This document shows positions 28,741-38,363 of a DNA stretch of 40,441 bases, in pieces; positions within the stretch are counted from its first letter, which is position 1; every line of letters begins with the position of its first letter. The notes below the pieces were generated by a model, which saw only the letters and a program-made list of their open reading frames with translations, was not told the origin of the DNA and made no database searches. Both the position numbers and the translations under genes were made by a program. Source of the DNA: an uncultured Lachnospiraceae bacterium (lineage in GTDB: Bacteria; Bacillota; Clostridia; Lachnospirales; Lachnospiraceae); NCBI GenBank assembly GCA_910577065.1, contig CAJTLD010000009.1, forward strand, positions 1-40,441. The letters run 5' to 3'.

Positions 28741-30582
28741 TTAACTTTCCCAGACGGCGGCCGCAAGAACCGTCATATCGTCCCTGATCTGGCCGCCCGT
28801 ACAGACCATAACCTGATCCAGAAGCTGTTTGGCCAGAAGGCCGGGATGATTGGTCTTAATCCCTGCAATCATATCTTCCAGCGTTTCTTCCGGCCTGTCC
28901 GTATGCAGATATTCTAACACACCATCTGTGATCATGACAAGGAAATCTCCGTCAGAAAGCTGTTTGGTAGCCTGTTCTATTTCTATTTCATAGCTGACTC
29001 CTACCGGCAGCGAAGTAGACAGCAGGCATTCCACCCCGCCGTCCTTATGGCGGATAAACGTTGCGGATGCGCCTATTTTATAAAATTCGGTTTCCCCGGT
29101 ATACAGGTTTACGGAAGCGATATCCACAGTGGAATACTGCTCGTCGTCCCCGTGAATTACCATAGCGGAATTTAACATTTTAATCGCCGTCTCTTTTGTA
29201 AAGCCCGCTTCAATAAACCGCTCCAGCAAATCCAGCACCAGTTCGCTCTCCTTACAGGCGCGCGCGCCAAATCCCATGCCGTCGGACAGGCAGAGCACCA
29301 GCTCCCCGTCCTCTTTTTCCAAAAAAGAAAAGTTGTCCCCGGAAATTGTCGCGCCGTCCTTTGTGAGCCTTGCCACCCCATGCACGGCCTGGAACGAGGG
29401 CTTTTCTTCATAAATAATCTCCGACGTATCCTTCCCGACAAACGTCCTGGCGTCTTTGTGCGGCATCATAGGAAGCCCGACGGCTCCCACCACCGCTTTG
29501 GTCAGATCTTTGACCGCCACACAGTTTCCCCATCTTGACCGGACTTTTAACACAGCCTGGATATGGCCGTCGTTTTTGCGGTACAGATGCGCTTCCTGCG
29601 CCACAATCCCGCATTCTTTGGCACGGTAACGGATTTCGGCCAGCAGGCGTTTTTCCTCTGCGTCCAAAAGCTTTGCTTCATTGGCGCAGTCCTGCATAAT
29701 AAACGCCATTGCGTCCAGCTGCTGCGCTATCACCTCACGGTTTTCCAGCAGTCGGTTATACCATGCCTTATTCAGGCGTACCTGTTCAAATACCGCTATC
29801 GCCTCCTGTTCCACATGTCCCGCATAGCAGCAGTTTGCTTCCAGTTCCCTTTTGGTTTCTTCGTCCGCTTCCCCGCTGTGCAGAAGACTGGCCAAAAGAC
29901 GGCCGAACACCCCGTACATAGTCTGGTTGGAAGGCGCCCAGCAAATTGCGCAGGTATCGCAGCCGCTGCAGATTCGCCCGGCGACCTCCTGCTGTATCTG
30001 CGCAATTTCCTCCTGCCCGATATCCGTCCGCCGTTCCATTGCGAAAAAAGCTTTTGAGAGCCCCTCAAAACTCTTGGCGTAATTTAACAGGCGCTGTCCC
30101 TGGTATCCGTCCTGCGCCCCCGCCAAAACGGCGGGTTCTTCCTTTTCTTCCAAAAACAAATGCACGCCTCTTGCACAAAGTATGCCAAACCCAAAAATAA
30201 AGACCGCTTCACAAATTGCCGCCGCAAGCGTGACCTGGTTCTTAAAATCAAAAATACCTCCAAAAACAGAAAGCGCAAACGTCCCGCCGGAAGCGGCAAC
30301 CGCCGCCACGACCGTATAACAGCGTTTGTCCACCCACTCTGACAGGCGCACCGTAACCGCTATAATCAGAAGCGCCATCGCATATTTGGCAATTACAGTA
30401 ATCGGGATAAACGCTACCATCCCGGCAAACATCCCCGCCGACAAAAGCCATCGGGCGCGTTCGTCTAAATACACGGCCGCAAAATACGCCGGAACCAACG
30501 GGTAACATCCCATTACAGAGATCCGGCAGAGCAGCCCTCCTGCAATACCAACCGCCAATTGTTTCCATCCTGTCCTCTTCAT
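28741..30582 (-). CDS. spoIIE: Stage II sporulation phosphatase SpoIIE
   Basis: N-terminal TM helices, CxxCxxxxxCW, PP2C motifs SGDN, SDGMG, TDGV, DDMT; synteny. Confidence 0.93.
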   Translation of the reverse strand: MKRTGWKQLAVGIAGGLLCRISVMGCYPLVPAYFAAVYLDERARWLLSAGMFAGMVAFIPITVIAKYAMALLIIAVTVRLSEWVDKRCYTVVAAVAASGGTFALSVFGGIFDFKNQVTLAAAICEAVFIFGFGILCARGVHLFLEEKEEPAVLAGAQDGYQGQRLLNYAKSFEGLSKAFFAMERRTDIGQEEIAQIQQEVAGRICSGCDTCAICWAPSNQTMYGVFGRLLASLLHSGEADEETKRELEANCCYAGHVEQEAIAVFEQVRLNKAWYNRLLENREVIAQQLDAMAFIMQDCANEAKLLDAEEKRLLAEIRYRAKECGIVAQEAHLYRKNDGHIQAVLKVRSRWGNCVAVKDLTKAVVGAVGLPMMPHKDARTFVGKDTSEIIYEEKPSFQAVHGVARLTKDGATISGDNFSFLEKEDGELVLCLSDGMGFGARACKESELVLDLLERFIEAGFTKETAIKMLNSAMVIHGDDEQYSTVDIASVNLYTGETEFYKIGASATFIRHKDGGVECLLSTSLPVGVSYEIEIEQATKQLSDGDFLVMITDGVLEYLHTDRPEETLEDMIAGIKTNHPGLLAKQLLDQVMVCTGGQIRDDMTVLAAAVWES

Positions 30583-30650
30583 ACTGTTAAATCCTCCTGG
30601 TATTCACATTTTTCCGTCCCCAAACTGTGCGGGCGGATTTTCTAAGAGGC

Positions 30651-30715
30651 ATTATAGAATCCTGCTTTTAAAATGTTTGTCAAACCGTCACGGGCTTTTC
30701 AAAAACTTTTCGCCA
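30651..30715 (-). promoter_or_regulatory. Spo0A-type sigma-A promoter of spoIIE
   Basis: TTGACA-21-TATAAT (over-long spacer as in Spo0A-activated spoII promoters); TGGCGAA 0A box at 30709-30715. Confidence 0.65.
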
Positions 30716-30770
30716 AAAATGCCCTCGAATTGTAGATTCGAGGGCATTTATCCATTTCAGGATGCTCGTA

Positions 30771-31067
30771 TTATTTTTCTCTGAATATAATCTGATTGTC
30801 ATAAACCATACCCAGTTTGCTTTTCGCCGTATCTTCCACATATTCCCGGCTTCCGATATAATCTTCATAGTCCGAAAGCTGTTCTTTGCGTCCTTTTTCT
30901 TCTTCATACTGTATCTTTAAATCATTCTCCCGCGCAATGTATTCTTTGTCTTTCTGGTACAGGCGCACAATCTGGAATGACATTACCACAAGCAAAATTA
31001 CTACAATAAAAGCAATACTGCCTTTTCCCGCCTGGTTCTTTTTCCTTTTCTTTGTTCCCATCCGCAT
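30771..31067 (-). CDS. divIC: Septum formation initiator (DivIC/FtsB family)
   Basis: Basic N-terminus, one TM helix, coiled coil, EYVEDTAKSKLGMV; synteny. Confidence 0.88.
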   Translation of the reverse strand: MRMGTKKRKKNQAGKGSIAFIVVILLVVMSFQIVRLYQKDKEYIARENDLKIQYEEEKGRKEQLSDYEDYIGSREYVEDTAKSKLGMVYDNQIIFREK

Positions 31068-31083
31068 CCCTCTTACTTGTCTG

Positions 31084-31530
31084 TTATTGTTTACTTAAAC
31101 CTATCTTAACCGCTTTTTTTATTTTTTTCAATTCTTTTTTGAAAAAACCAAACATTTTTTTACCCGGTTTTTCCACTACGCCGAATATTTTTCCGAAAAT
31201 CTTCTGCCATATCCGCAAAATCTTTACAAAAATACGGACTACCCAGGGACTGATATACGTATTCTCCACCAGCATCCCAATCGCCACGCCTCCTAAGACA
31301 AACCAGCGCAAAAGCCCTTCGTTTTCCCGGTAGAGCATGGCAAAAATCCCAACCGCGCAAAACAGCCAGTATAACATGTCCTCCACGGCCATTAAGATCG
31401 TCCCGTGTTTTCTCATATGGCGGAAAATGCGTATCACATCATAAAAAAGCATCAAAGCGGCGCCAAACAGGAACGAAACAAGCAGCAGGCTGCCTTCCCC
31501 GGCAATGGATTCACTGATTGCGCCGTTCAT
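31084..31530 (-). CDS. yabQ: Spore cortex biosynthesis protein YabQ
   Basis: FYDVIRIFR...EDMLYW...GLLRWF; follows yabP. Confidence 0.9.
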   Translation of the reverse strand: MNGAISESIAGEGSLLLVSFLFGAALMLFYDVIRIFRHMRKHGTILMAVEDMLYWLFCAVGIFAMLYRENEGLLRWFVLGGVAIGMLVENTYISPWVVRIFVKILRIWQKIFGKIFGVVEKPGKKMFGFFKKELKKIKKAVKIGLSKQ

Positions 31531-31811
31531 TTAAAAAGCCGCCCAAAAAAAGATTCTGCCTGCTTGCCGTAGTCCTTGACCTCCGAATAGGCCAGCGAGT
31601 CAATCCTTCCTTCTATGTCAACCTCACCTTTCTCTAAACTCAGACGGTTGACATGGAGATCGTTTCCTTTGATTAAAAGCATTCCCTGTTCCGTTTCCAG
31701 TAAAATTTCAGCCACATCAAACGAGAGTACATCCACCACCCCGCTGAAATTGCCGGTTTTACGGTTGCCCAGGAGAACCTTATGCGCTTTACTTCCTGTT
31801 TTTTCATCCAT
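31527..31811 (-). CDS. yabP: Sporulation protein YabP
   Basis: SGVVDVLSFD...LETEQGMLLIKG..LHV.RL...GRIDSL.Y. Confidence 0.95.
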   Translation of the reverse strand: MDEKTGSKAHKVLLGNRKTGNFSGVVDVLSFDVAEILLETEQGMLLIKGNDLHVNRLSLEKGEVDIEGRIDSLAYSEVKDYGKQAESFFGRLFK

Positions 31812-31880
31812 CTGTTCCAGCTTACCTCCTGCCTTACAACCTTTCTGCTTCGGAATGGTTGTCTGTTTTTCTTTTTAAAC

Positions 31881-31909
31881 ATTATATTAGCAGAAGGCTT
31901 CATTTATGC
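31881..31909 (-). promoter_or_regulatory. Sigma-E promoter of yabPQ
   Basis: GCATAAA-14-AATATAAT. Confidence 0.65.
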
Positions 31910-31926
31910 CCAAAAATACGCGTTCC

Positions 31927-32166
31927 TTAAAGATAACGGAACATTTCTTTCGCTTCTTCCTTGCGTACGGTTTCCGCGACGGACAGTACCTCGGCCCGGA
32001 CCGATTTCTGCCCGAACGCGATTTCTAAGATATCCCCGGCCTGAACGCCTGCGGAGGCTTTTGCCACTTTGCCGTTTATCATAACCCTGCCCGCGTCACA
32101 GGCTTCATTTGCCACGGTACGGCGTTTGATCAGGCGCGATACTTTTAAATATTTATCCAGTCTCAT
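31927..32166 (-). CDS. yabO: S4-domain RNA-binding protein YabO/RqcP
   Basis: MRLDKYLKVSRLIKRRTVANEAC; AGGAG RBS before ATG 32166. Confidence 0.95.
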   Translation of the reverse strand: MRLDKYLKVSRLIKRRTVANEACDAGRVMINGKVAKASAGVQAGDILEIAFGQKSVRAEVLSVAETVRKEEAKEMFRYL

Positions 32167-32266
32167 TTGTTTCACTCCTTTCAAAAAACTGTTTTTGCAT
32201 CTGTGTATATAAAAATACAGAGGGCTAAAAAACGCCCTCTGCCACATTCGCTTTCTTATTTTTGCA

Positions 32267-32539
32267 TTAATTAATCATATCCTTTAAAGCTTTTCCTGCT
32301 TTAAACTTCGGAGCCTTAGAAGCCGGAATCTTCATTTCTTCCCCGGTCTGCGGATTCCTGCCGACGCGTTCCGCCCTCTCAGAAACTTCAAACGTCCCAA
32401 ATCCGACTAACTGAATCTTCTCGCCTTTCTTTAATTCTTCTGCAACTACATCTGTAAAAGCCTTTAATGCCGCTTCAGCGTCTCTTTTCGATAATTCTGT
32501 TTTGTCAGCCATAGCTGCAACTAATTCTGCTTTGTTCAT
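32267..32539 (-). CDS. hup: HU DNA-binding protein
   Basis: MNKAELV...GFGTF...GRNPQTG...PKFKAGKALK. Confidence 0.98.
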   Translation of the reverse strand: MNKAELVAAMADKTELSKRDAEAALKAFTDVVAEELKKGEKIQLVGFGTFEVSERAERVGRNPQTGEEMKIPASKAPKFKAGKALKDMIN

Positions 32540-32680
32540 TCAAAATTCCTCCTGTGGATGTTCATATTAATAATTCATGTCATAAGGCCTTCTGCAAAAT
32601 TGCCGCTGCAATCGGCCTACATGATTATTTATACTTGTTTTACCTATATTTGTCAAGAAAAAGTATTGCTTTTTCCTCAT

Positions 32681-34417
32681 TTAGATCAGCTTTTGTACAA
32701 TATCCAGCATTGTCTGTCCGAGTTCTTTTGCTTTTTCCACAGAATCCGTCAGGGAATCCCCTTTTACGCCAATATAAAATTTTACTTTCGGCTCCGTCCC
32801 GGACGGGCGGATGCATACCCATGCGCCGCCTTCGAGTTCATAGTACAATACGTTGGACTTTGGAAGCCCGGTCGGGCTTACTTCCTTTGTCTTAAGGTCT
32901 GTCACCGTATCTTGCTGATAATCCCTTACCTTAAGCACCCCGTAATCCCCAATCCGGCCAAGCGGCTCTTTCCGCAGGGTTCCAAGGATATTCTTAATCT
33001 TTTCAAGCCCCTCGATTCCTTTTAAGGTAATGGACTCCACATGATCCTGATAATAGCCGTAACGTGCATACATATCAAGCATAGCGTCCCACAGCGTCTT
33101 GTCCTGTGTCTTATAAAACGCGGCGGCCTCGCACAAAAACATCGTCGCGGCCACGGCGTCTTTATCCCTTGCATATGTTCCTGGCAGACAGCCGTAGCTT
33201 TCTTCCATGCCAAACAGGTAAGCGCCTTTACCGGTCTTTTCAAATTCCAGCATCTTCTGGCCGATAAACTTAAACCCGGTCAGAACTTCTTCCAGTTTGA
33301 CGCCATAGTACGCTGCGATGGCGTCCGCCATATTCGTAGTTACAATAGAACGGATAAACGCGCCGTCTTCCGGCAGGCTTCCCTTCACGGCTTTTGTCTG
33401 GCCGATAATATAATCTCCTATTAAACATCCCGACATATTTCCGGTCAGCATATGGTATTCGCCGGTCTGGCTGTCTTTTACATAAACGCCGAGCCGATCC
33501 GCGTCCGGATCGGTTGCAAGCACAAGATCCGCCCCTTCTTTTTTTGCAAGGGCAAGCGCCAATTCATAGGCGGCCGGCGCCTCCGGGTTCGGGTAACCGA
33601 CGGTCGGGAAATCACCGTCCGGCAGCTCCTGTTCTTTTACTACAAACACATTGGAAAAGCCCAGTTCCTTTAAAATGGTGCGTACCGGAATATTGCCTGT
33701 CCCGTGAAGCGGCGTATAAACAATTTTAAGTTCGTCTTTTACCGCGTCGATTGCATCCTGGTGAAGTACCAGCTTTTTGATTTCATCCATATAAGCGCGG
33801 TCGATCTCTTCCCCGATGGTAATATATAAACCGTCCTGTTTTGCTTTTGCTTTGTCCATGGTAAGCATTGTGCTGTAATCCGTAACGGCCTTTACCTCCG
33901 CCATAATTCCCGTGTCGTGCGGCGGCGTAATCTGCGCCCCGTCCTCCCAGTAAACCTTGTAGCCGTTGTATTCCGCCGGGTTGTGGCTGGCCGTAATGTT
34001 GATGCCCGCAATGCAGTTTAACCGGCGCACCGCATAAGATAATTCCGGCGTAGGACGGAGCGATTCAAATACATACGCCTGAATGCCGTTCGCTGCAAGG
34101 CAGAGCGCCGCTTCATCTGCAAATTCAGGCGACATATGCCTGGAATCAAAGGCGATAGCCACGCCGCGCGCTTCCCCCTGCACTTTTTTGATGTAATTTG
34201 CAAGCCCCTGGGTCGCTTTGCGGACGGTATAAATGTTCATACGGTTCGTCCCTGCGCCAATCACGCCGCGCAGGCCGGCCGTCCCAAATTCCAGTTCCGT
34301 GTAAAACCTGTCCTCCATTTCCTTTTCATCATCCGCAATCGCCTTTAATTCCGCCTTGGTTCCTTCGTCGAAATACGGATTTGAAATCCATTCCTGATAG
34401 ATATCCTTGTAATTCAT
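32681..34417 (-). CDS. pgm: Phosphoglucomutase/phosphomannomutase
   Basis: FGTAGLRG, TASHNP, DPDADR, EESYG, RPSGTEPK. Confidence 0.96.
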   Translation of the reverse strand: MNYKDIYQEWISNPYFDEGTKAELKAIADDEKEMEDRFYTELEFGTAGLRGVIGAGTNRMNIYTVRKATQGLANYIKKVQGEARGVAIAFDSRHMSPEFADEAALCLAANGIQAYVFESLRPTPELSYAVRRLNCIAGINITASHNPAEYNGYKVYWEDGAQITPPHDTGIMAEVKAVTDYSTMLTMDKAKAKQDGLYITIGEEIDRAYMDEIKKLVLHQDAIDAVKDELKIVYTPLHGTGNIPVRTILKELGFSNVFVVKEQELPDGDFPTVGYPNPEAPAAYELALALAKKEGADLVLATDPDADRLGVYVKDSQTGEYHMLTGNMSGCLIGDYIIGQTKAVKGSLPEDGAFIRSIVTTNMADAIAAYYGVKLEEVLTGFKFIGQKMLEFEKTGKGAYLFGMEESYGCLPGTYARDKDAVAATMFLCEAAAFYKTQDKTLWDAMLDMYARYGYYQDHVESITLKGIEGLEKIKNILGTLRKEPLGRIGDYGVLKVRDYQQDTVTDLKTKEVSPTGLPKSNVLYYELEGGAWVCIRPSGTEPKVKFYIGVKGDSLTDSVEKAKELGQTMLDIVQKLI

Positions 34418-34461
34418 TGTTTTCCTCCTCTTGTTTTTATTTATTACGGCAGTTTCTGCCG

Positions 34462-35877
34462 TTATTGATCCCTTAAGTCATCATAACCTGTAGCGCCTGC
34501 GGACGGGTTGTCCGTATTATGATTATTGCCGCCGGCGCCGCCGTTATTTCCGCTGTTATTGTTGATAGACGTTAAAAGGTTGTACAGCGTGGTGAGATAA
34601 TCCTGCTCCGTTTGGCCGTTATTATTGTTATTATTATTGTTATTATTGTTGTTATTATTGCCGTTATTATTCGTATTATTGTTTGTGCCGTTCTGGTTTG
34701 CGTTATTCTGGCCTGCGTTTTGGCCGCTGTTATTGTTGTTCGTATCCGCCGTACCGGCGCCCGATGCGTCTGCGTCCGCCTTTTCGTTCTCGGTTTTGCC
34801 CTCCGATGCCCCGGACAGGGCGATTTCGATTTCAGCCTCTGCGGAATTGACCACAAGCTTTTCCGTAATCGTGTCATACCCTTCCGCTTCTACGGAAATT
34901 GTATGCACGCCGTAGCTTACTTCCACCGGCTTAGAGTAATCCGCCTGTCTGCCGTCGACCCATAAAACCGCGCCTTCTACGCCGACCTTAAACCGAATCC
35001 GGCATATTTTAGGGCCTTCCCCTTTTAGTTCGTCTAAATTCAGGGTAACCGTCTGATCCCTTTTAACCTCAACCTCCCTGCTGCCTCCGTAGCCGTCGTT
35101 CGCCACGGTAACAAGGTATTTGCCCTCCGGCACTTCCACCTGCATGTTTTTCGTTACTTCTTTAAAAATCTTATCGCCGATGCAGATAAAACTGCCTTCA
35201 AACAACTTGGTGTTGGAAAGCGCCAAATAACCGTGGCCAACCGACACCGACAGTGAAATCAGTTTTTTGTCCCGGCCCACGGCGCGCAGCACATCGGCTT
35301 CCCCCAGTTCGTCAAATGAAATCCTGCCCTCCCCGGAAAACAATTCCATATCCGCATCGCAGGCATATTTGCTTTTCCCAATGGTAAGCGCGCGGATAGA
35401 CGGATCATAAGAATAATTCACAATATCCTCATATACCCATACCTCCGGGGAAAGCTGCATGCCCTTAAGCTGCTGCGTCCGTCCGGACACCTCAATCTGC
35501 ACCACGTCTCCCGGCACAAAATATGTAACCGGCTTGCTTTTGCCGTATTTGTCCAGAAACTTTGTTCCGGTATCATATGCATACTGAAACTGCCTGCCGT
35601 TTGATTCCTGTTCAAACGCCGCCGTCTGGTTCTCAGTATCTATCCTGGTTAAGACATATAACTCCGTGCCGTCCCCATCCGGCGAAACGGCGCCATCTTC
35701 GTTTGCGCCCTCGGCTTCCTTTGTCTCTTCTGCTTTTACCTCGTCCGTTTTGACGCCGGTCCCCCTGCGGTTTTGGATAATGCCGCTGTCCGGCCTGCCG
35801 CACGCGCCTAAAGCAAAGGCTGCAAAAACTGCCCATACTGCCAGTAAAAACTGCCGCTTTTGTAATTTCATGTCCAT
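34462..35877 (-). CDS. Lipoprotein with PEGA-like beta domains and Asn-rich tail
   Basis: Lipobox FALGAC; GAVLWVDG...YGVHTISVEAEGY PEGA-like pattern. Confidence 0.75.
   Translation of the reverse strand: MDMKLQKRQFLLAVWAVFAAFALGACGRPDSGIIQNRRGTGVKTDEVKAEETKEAEGANEDGAVSPDGDGTELYVLTRIDTENQTAAFEQESNGRQFQYAYDTGTKFLDKYGKSKPVTYFVPGDVVQIEVSGRTQQLKGMQLSPEVWVYEDIVNYSYDPSIRALTIGKSKYACDADMELFSGEGRISFDELGEADVLRAVGRDKKLISLSVSVGHGYLALSNTKLFEGSFICIGDKIFKEVTKNMQVEVPEGKYLVTVANDGYGGSREVEVKRDQTVTLNLDELKGEGPKICRIRFKVGVEGAVLWVDGRQADYSKPVEVSYGVHTISVEAEGYDTITEKLVVNSAEAEIEIALSGASEGKTENEKADADASGAGTADTNNNNSGQNAGQNNANQNGTNNNTNNNGNNNNNNNNNNNNNNGQTEQDYLTTLYNLLTSINNNSGNNGGAGGNNHNTDNPSAGATGYDDLRDQ
34618..34741. repeat. 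AAT/AAC trinucleotide low-complexity repeat encoding poly-Asn
   Basis: Runs of TTA/TTG on the plus strand. Confidence 0.9.
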
Positions 35878-35923
35878 AATCTCCAATCCATACGAAAGAT
35901 GGACTTATTATAACATACTCTTC

Positions 35924-36922
35924 CTAACTTGTGAAACAAAATAACATTTTTAAGAATTGTTTTCTCTGCGGCTCCTGTTCGATGATTTTTTCCAGCTTTT
36001 CAATATCCCGGCCGGAAATCCAGGATTTGCGTGAACTGCTGTAATGGTTCGCAATTTTCCAGAACTTTTTCGGGTACGCCAAACGCAGGTAAAGCTGTTC
36101 CAGTTCCTGCTGCTTTAACTTGCGGATTTTGTCGTATTCTGTAATCATATCAATACCAAGCCCAGTATTCCAGTTGTATTTTTCCAGAATTTTACGCACA
36201 AAATTCGCCAGATCGCGTACCATAATATCATAAACCATCTGCTCGAAATTCAGAAATGTCCATTCCCCCTGCGACAGAATGATATTATGCTGGTTGTAGT
36301 CCCCGTGGCAAAGACCCCACATCTGTTCCTCCAACTCCGGGTCCAGGTTATCTAACTGCCGTTTCAGCTGTTCCGCCACTTCAAGCGCCTGCGTCCGGTA
36401 GCTCTCATATACCCGCATAAACAGAAGTTCGAACTGATTTTTTTTATTCTTGTTGCGGATATAATTTTTCACTTTATTGAGTTCCCTGTTATGGCGTTCA
36501 TATTCCAGCAGAAGGCTGCTTTTATCCGCCTTTAAAAAGTCGGGAATTTCGTTTGGGCAGGACTTTGCAAGAACGTGGAACTGCGCCAGTTTTTTTACCG
36601 CGGCCAGTATATCGTCCCGGTTTTTTACATCGCATTCCCTGCCCTGATACCAGTTTTTTAAGAGGTAAAGCGTACCGTTTAATTCGTCCTTTGCAGCCGC
36701 TTCACCTTCCCTTGTAACAACCACGGTCTCTGACGCAAAACCGTTTTCTGACAAAAATTTCAGAATATCATATAAAAAAGCGGCTCTATCCTTTGATCCG
36801 CGAAACTCCTTCAATAACATGGTCCCCTTGTCCGTTTCACAGCTTAAAGCCCCGCGTCCTTTCGCCGTACTTCTGATTTCCACATCATACTGTTCCAGAA
36901 TCTCTTCATCCCGATTATACAC
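35924..36922 (-). CDS. CotS-family spore coat kinase-like protein
   Basis: LCHGDYNQHN, RDLANFVRK, YPKKFWK; GTG start after GGAGG; upstream GCATACT-14-CATATGTT mother-cell promoter (36998-37026). Confidence 0.88.
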   Translation of the reverse strand: MYNRDEEILEQYDVEIRSTAKGRGALSCETDKGTMLLKEFRGSKDRAAFLYDILKFLSENGFASETVVVTREGEAAAKDELNGTLYLLKNWYQGRECDVKNRDDILAAVKKLAQFHVLAKSCPNEIPDFLKADKSSLLLEYERHNRELNKVKNYIRNKNKKNQFELLFMRVYESYRTQALEVAEQLKRQLDNLDPELEEQMWGLCHGDYNQHNIILSQGEWTFLNFEQMVYDIMVRDLANFVRKILEKYNWNTGLGIDMITEYDKIRKLKQQELEQLYLRLAYPKKFWKIANHYSSSRKSWISGRDIEKLEKIIEQEPQRKQFLKMLFCFTS

Positions 36923-37028
36923 AAAAACCCCTCCATATGAATCTTTACACGGGGCTGTACGGCCAGGTACCCGGCCCTGCACATTCCGTGTCTCTTTAAC
37001 ATATGAAAGGGTTCCTAAAAGTATGCAA

Positions 37029-38363
37029 TTAAAATGACAGAATCTCCGCTGCCTTAGAAAGCAGAATGTCCTTCTGGTTTTGCCCCGGTTCTTCCAAAAC
37101 CACCTCGAGCAGTTCTTTTAAAACCTGTCCCATTTTGGGCCCCGGCTTTAAGCCCATAGCAATCAAATCGCTGCCGTTTACCGCCAGCTCCTTTAACGTT
37201 AAGCATTGCCGCTTTTCGAGGATCCTTTGGTACAGCGCTTCATAGCCCTTTAAGTATTCCAGCTTTTCCAAACGCTTATAAGCGCTCTGCGCCAGTATAT
37301 CCGCCCGCTTCACTGCAAAAATAGCCGGGTAGGCCTCCTGCCCCGCCCGCACGACCGCACGGCGGACGCTTTTTTCCAGAAGCGGCGGATTGTCGTCGTG
37401 CCATTGAACCAGGCGGCAAACTTTTGAAATCGTATCGTTGTCGTATTTTAAACGGCGCAGGATCTGTCCCGCCATCTTGCCGCCAAGCTGCGGATGCCCG
37501 TGAAAATGATCCCTGCCGTCCTCGCCCCTGCTGCGGCAGGCCGGCTTCGCCACATCGTGCAAAAGAACGGCAAGCCGCAAAATTTTGTCATTCGGCGTAT
37601 GCATAAGCGCCGCAATGGTATGCCCGCCTACGGTATAACAGTGGTGCGGATTATCCTGCGCGGCCCGCATCATACGGTCAAACTCCGGCAGCATTACGCC
37701 GGTAATGCCAAGTTCATAAAGCGTGCGCATCTGTTCCGGATGAGCGGACACCAAAAGCTTTGTCAGTTCCGCTTGGATCCGCTCCGCGCTGATATGCACG
37801 AGCGTACCGGAAAGCTCCTTTACCGCCGCTTTTGTCTCCCCGTCAATGGAAAACCCCAGCTGCGCCGCAAACCGCACCGCGCGCATCATACGCAGCGCGT
37901 CTTCCTGAAATCTTTGCTTAGCGCAGCCTACGCAGCGCACTATCCCCGCATTTAGATCCGAAACGCCGCCAAACGCATCCACAAGGCCGTCCTTGCGGTT
38001 ATATGCCATGGCGTTCATTGTAAAATCCCGCCGTTTCAAATCTTCAATCAGATCCGGCGTAAACGTAACTTCCTTCGGATGCCTGAAATCTTCGTATTTC
38101 CCGTCCACCCGGTACGTTGTTACCTCAAATCCTTCCCGTTCCACTAAAACCGTTACCGTACCGTGCTGAATCCCGGTATCAATGGTTTTTGGGAAAAGCC
38201 TTTTTACCTCGTCCGGCTTTGCGGAAGTAGTAATATCCCAGTCTTCGGGCTGCCGCCCTAAGATGCTGTCGCGGATACAGCCGCCCACCGCATACGCTTC
38301 ATGGCCCGCCTGCTGTAACGTATCGATAATAAACGCTGCTTTTTGGGGAAGTAAAATTTCCAT
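37029..38363 (-). CDS. cca: CCA tRNA nucleotidyltransferase with HD domain
   Basis: VGGCIRD, DWDI, RRDFTMNA, EDALRMMR, ERI, LLHD. Confidence 0.93.
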   Translation of the reverse strand: MEILLPQKAAFIIDTLQQAGHEAYAVGGCIRDSILGRQPEDWDITTSAKPDEVKRLFPKTIDTGIQHGTVTVLVEREGFEVTTYRVDGKYEDFRHPKEVTFTPDLIEDLKRRDFTMNAMAYNRKDGLVDAFGGVSDLNAGIVRCVGCAKQRFQEDALRMMRAVRFAAQLGFSIDGETKAAVKELSGTLVHISAERIQAELTKLLVSAHPEQMRTLYELGITGVMLPEFDRMMRAAQDNPHHCYTVGGHTIAALMHTPNDKILRLAVLLHDVAKPACRSRGEDGRDHFHGHPQLGGKMAGQILRRLKYDNDTISKVCRLVQWHDDNPPLLEKSVRRAVVRAGQEAYPAIFAVKRADILAQSAYKRLEKLEYLKGYEALYQRILEKRQCLTLKELAVNGSDLIAMGLKPGPKMGQVLKELLEVVLEEPGQNQKDILLSKAAEILSF

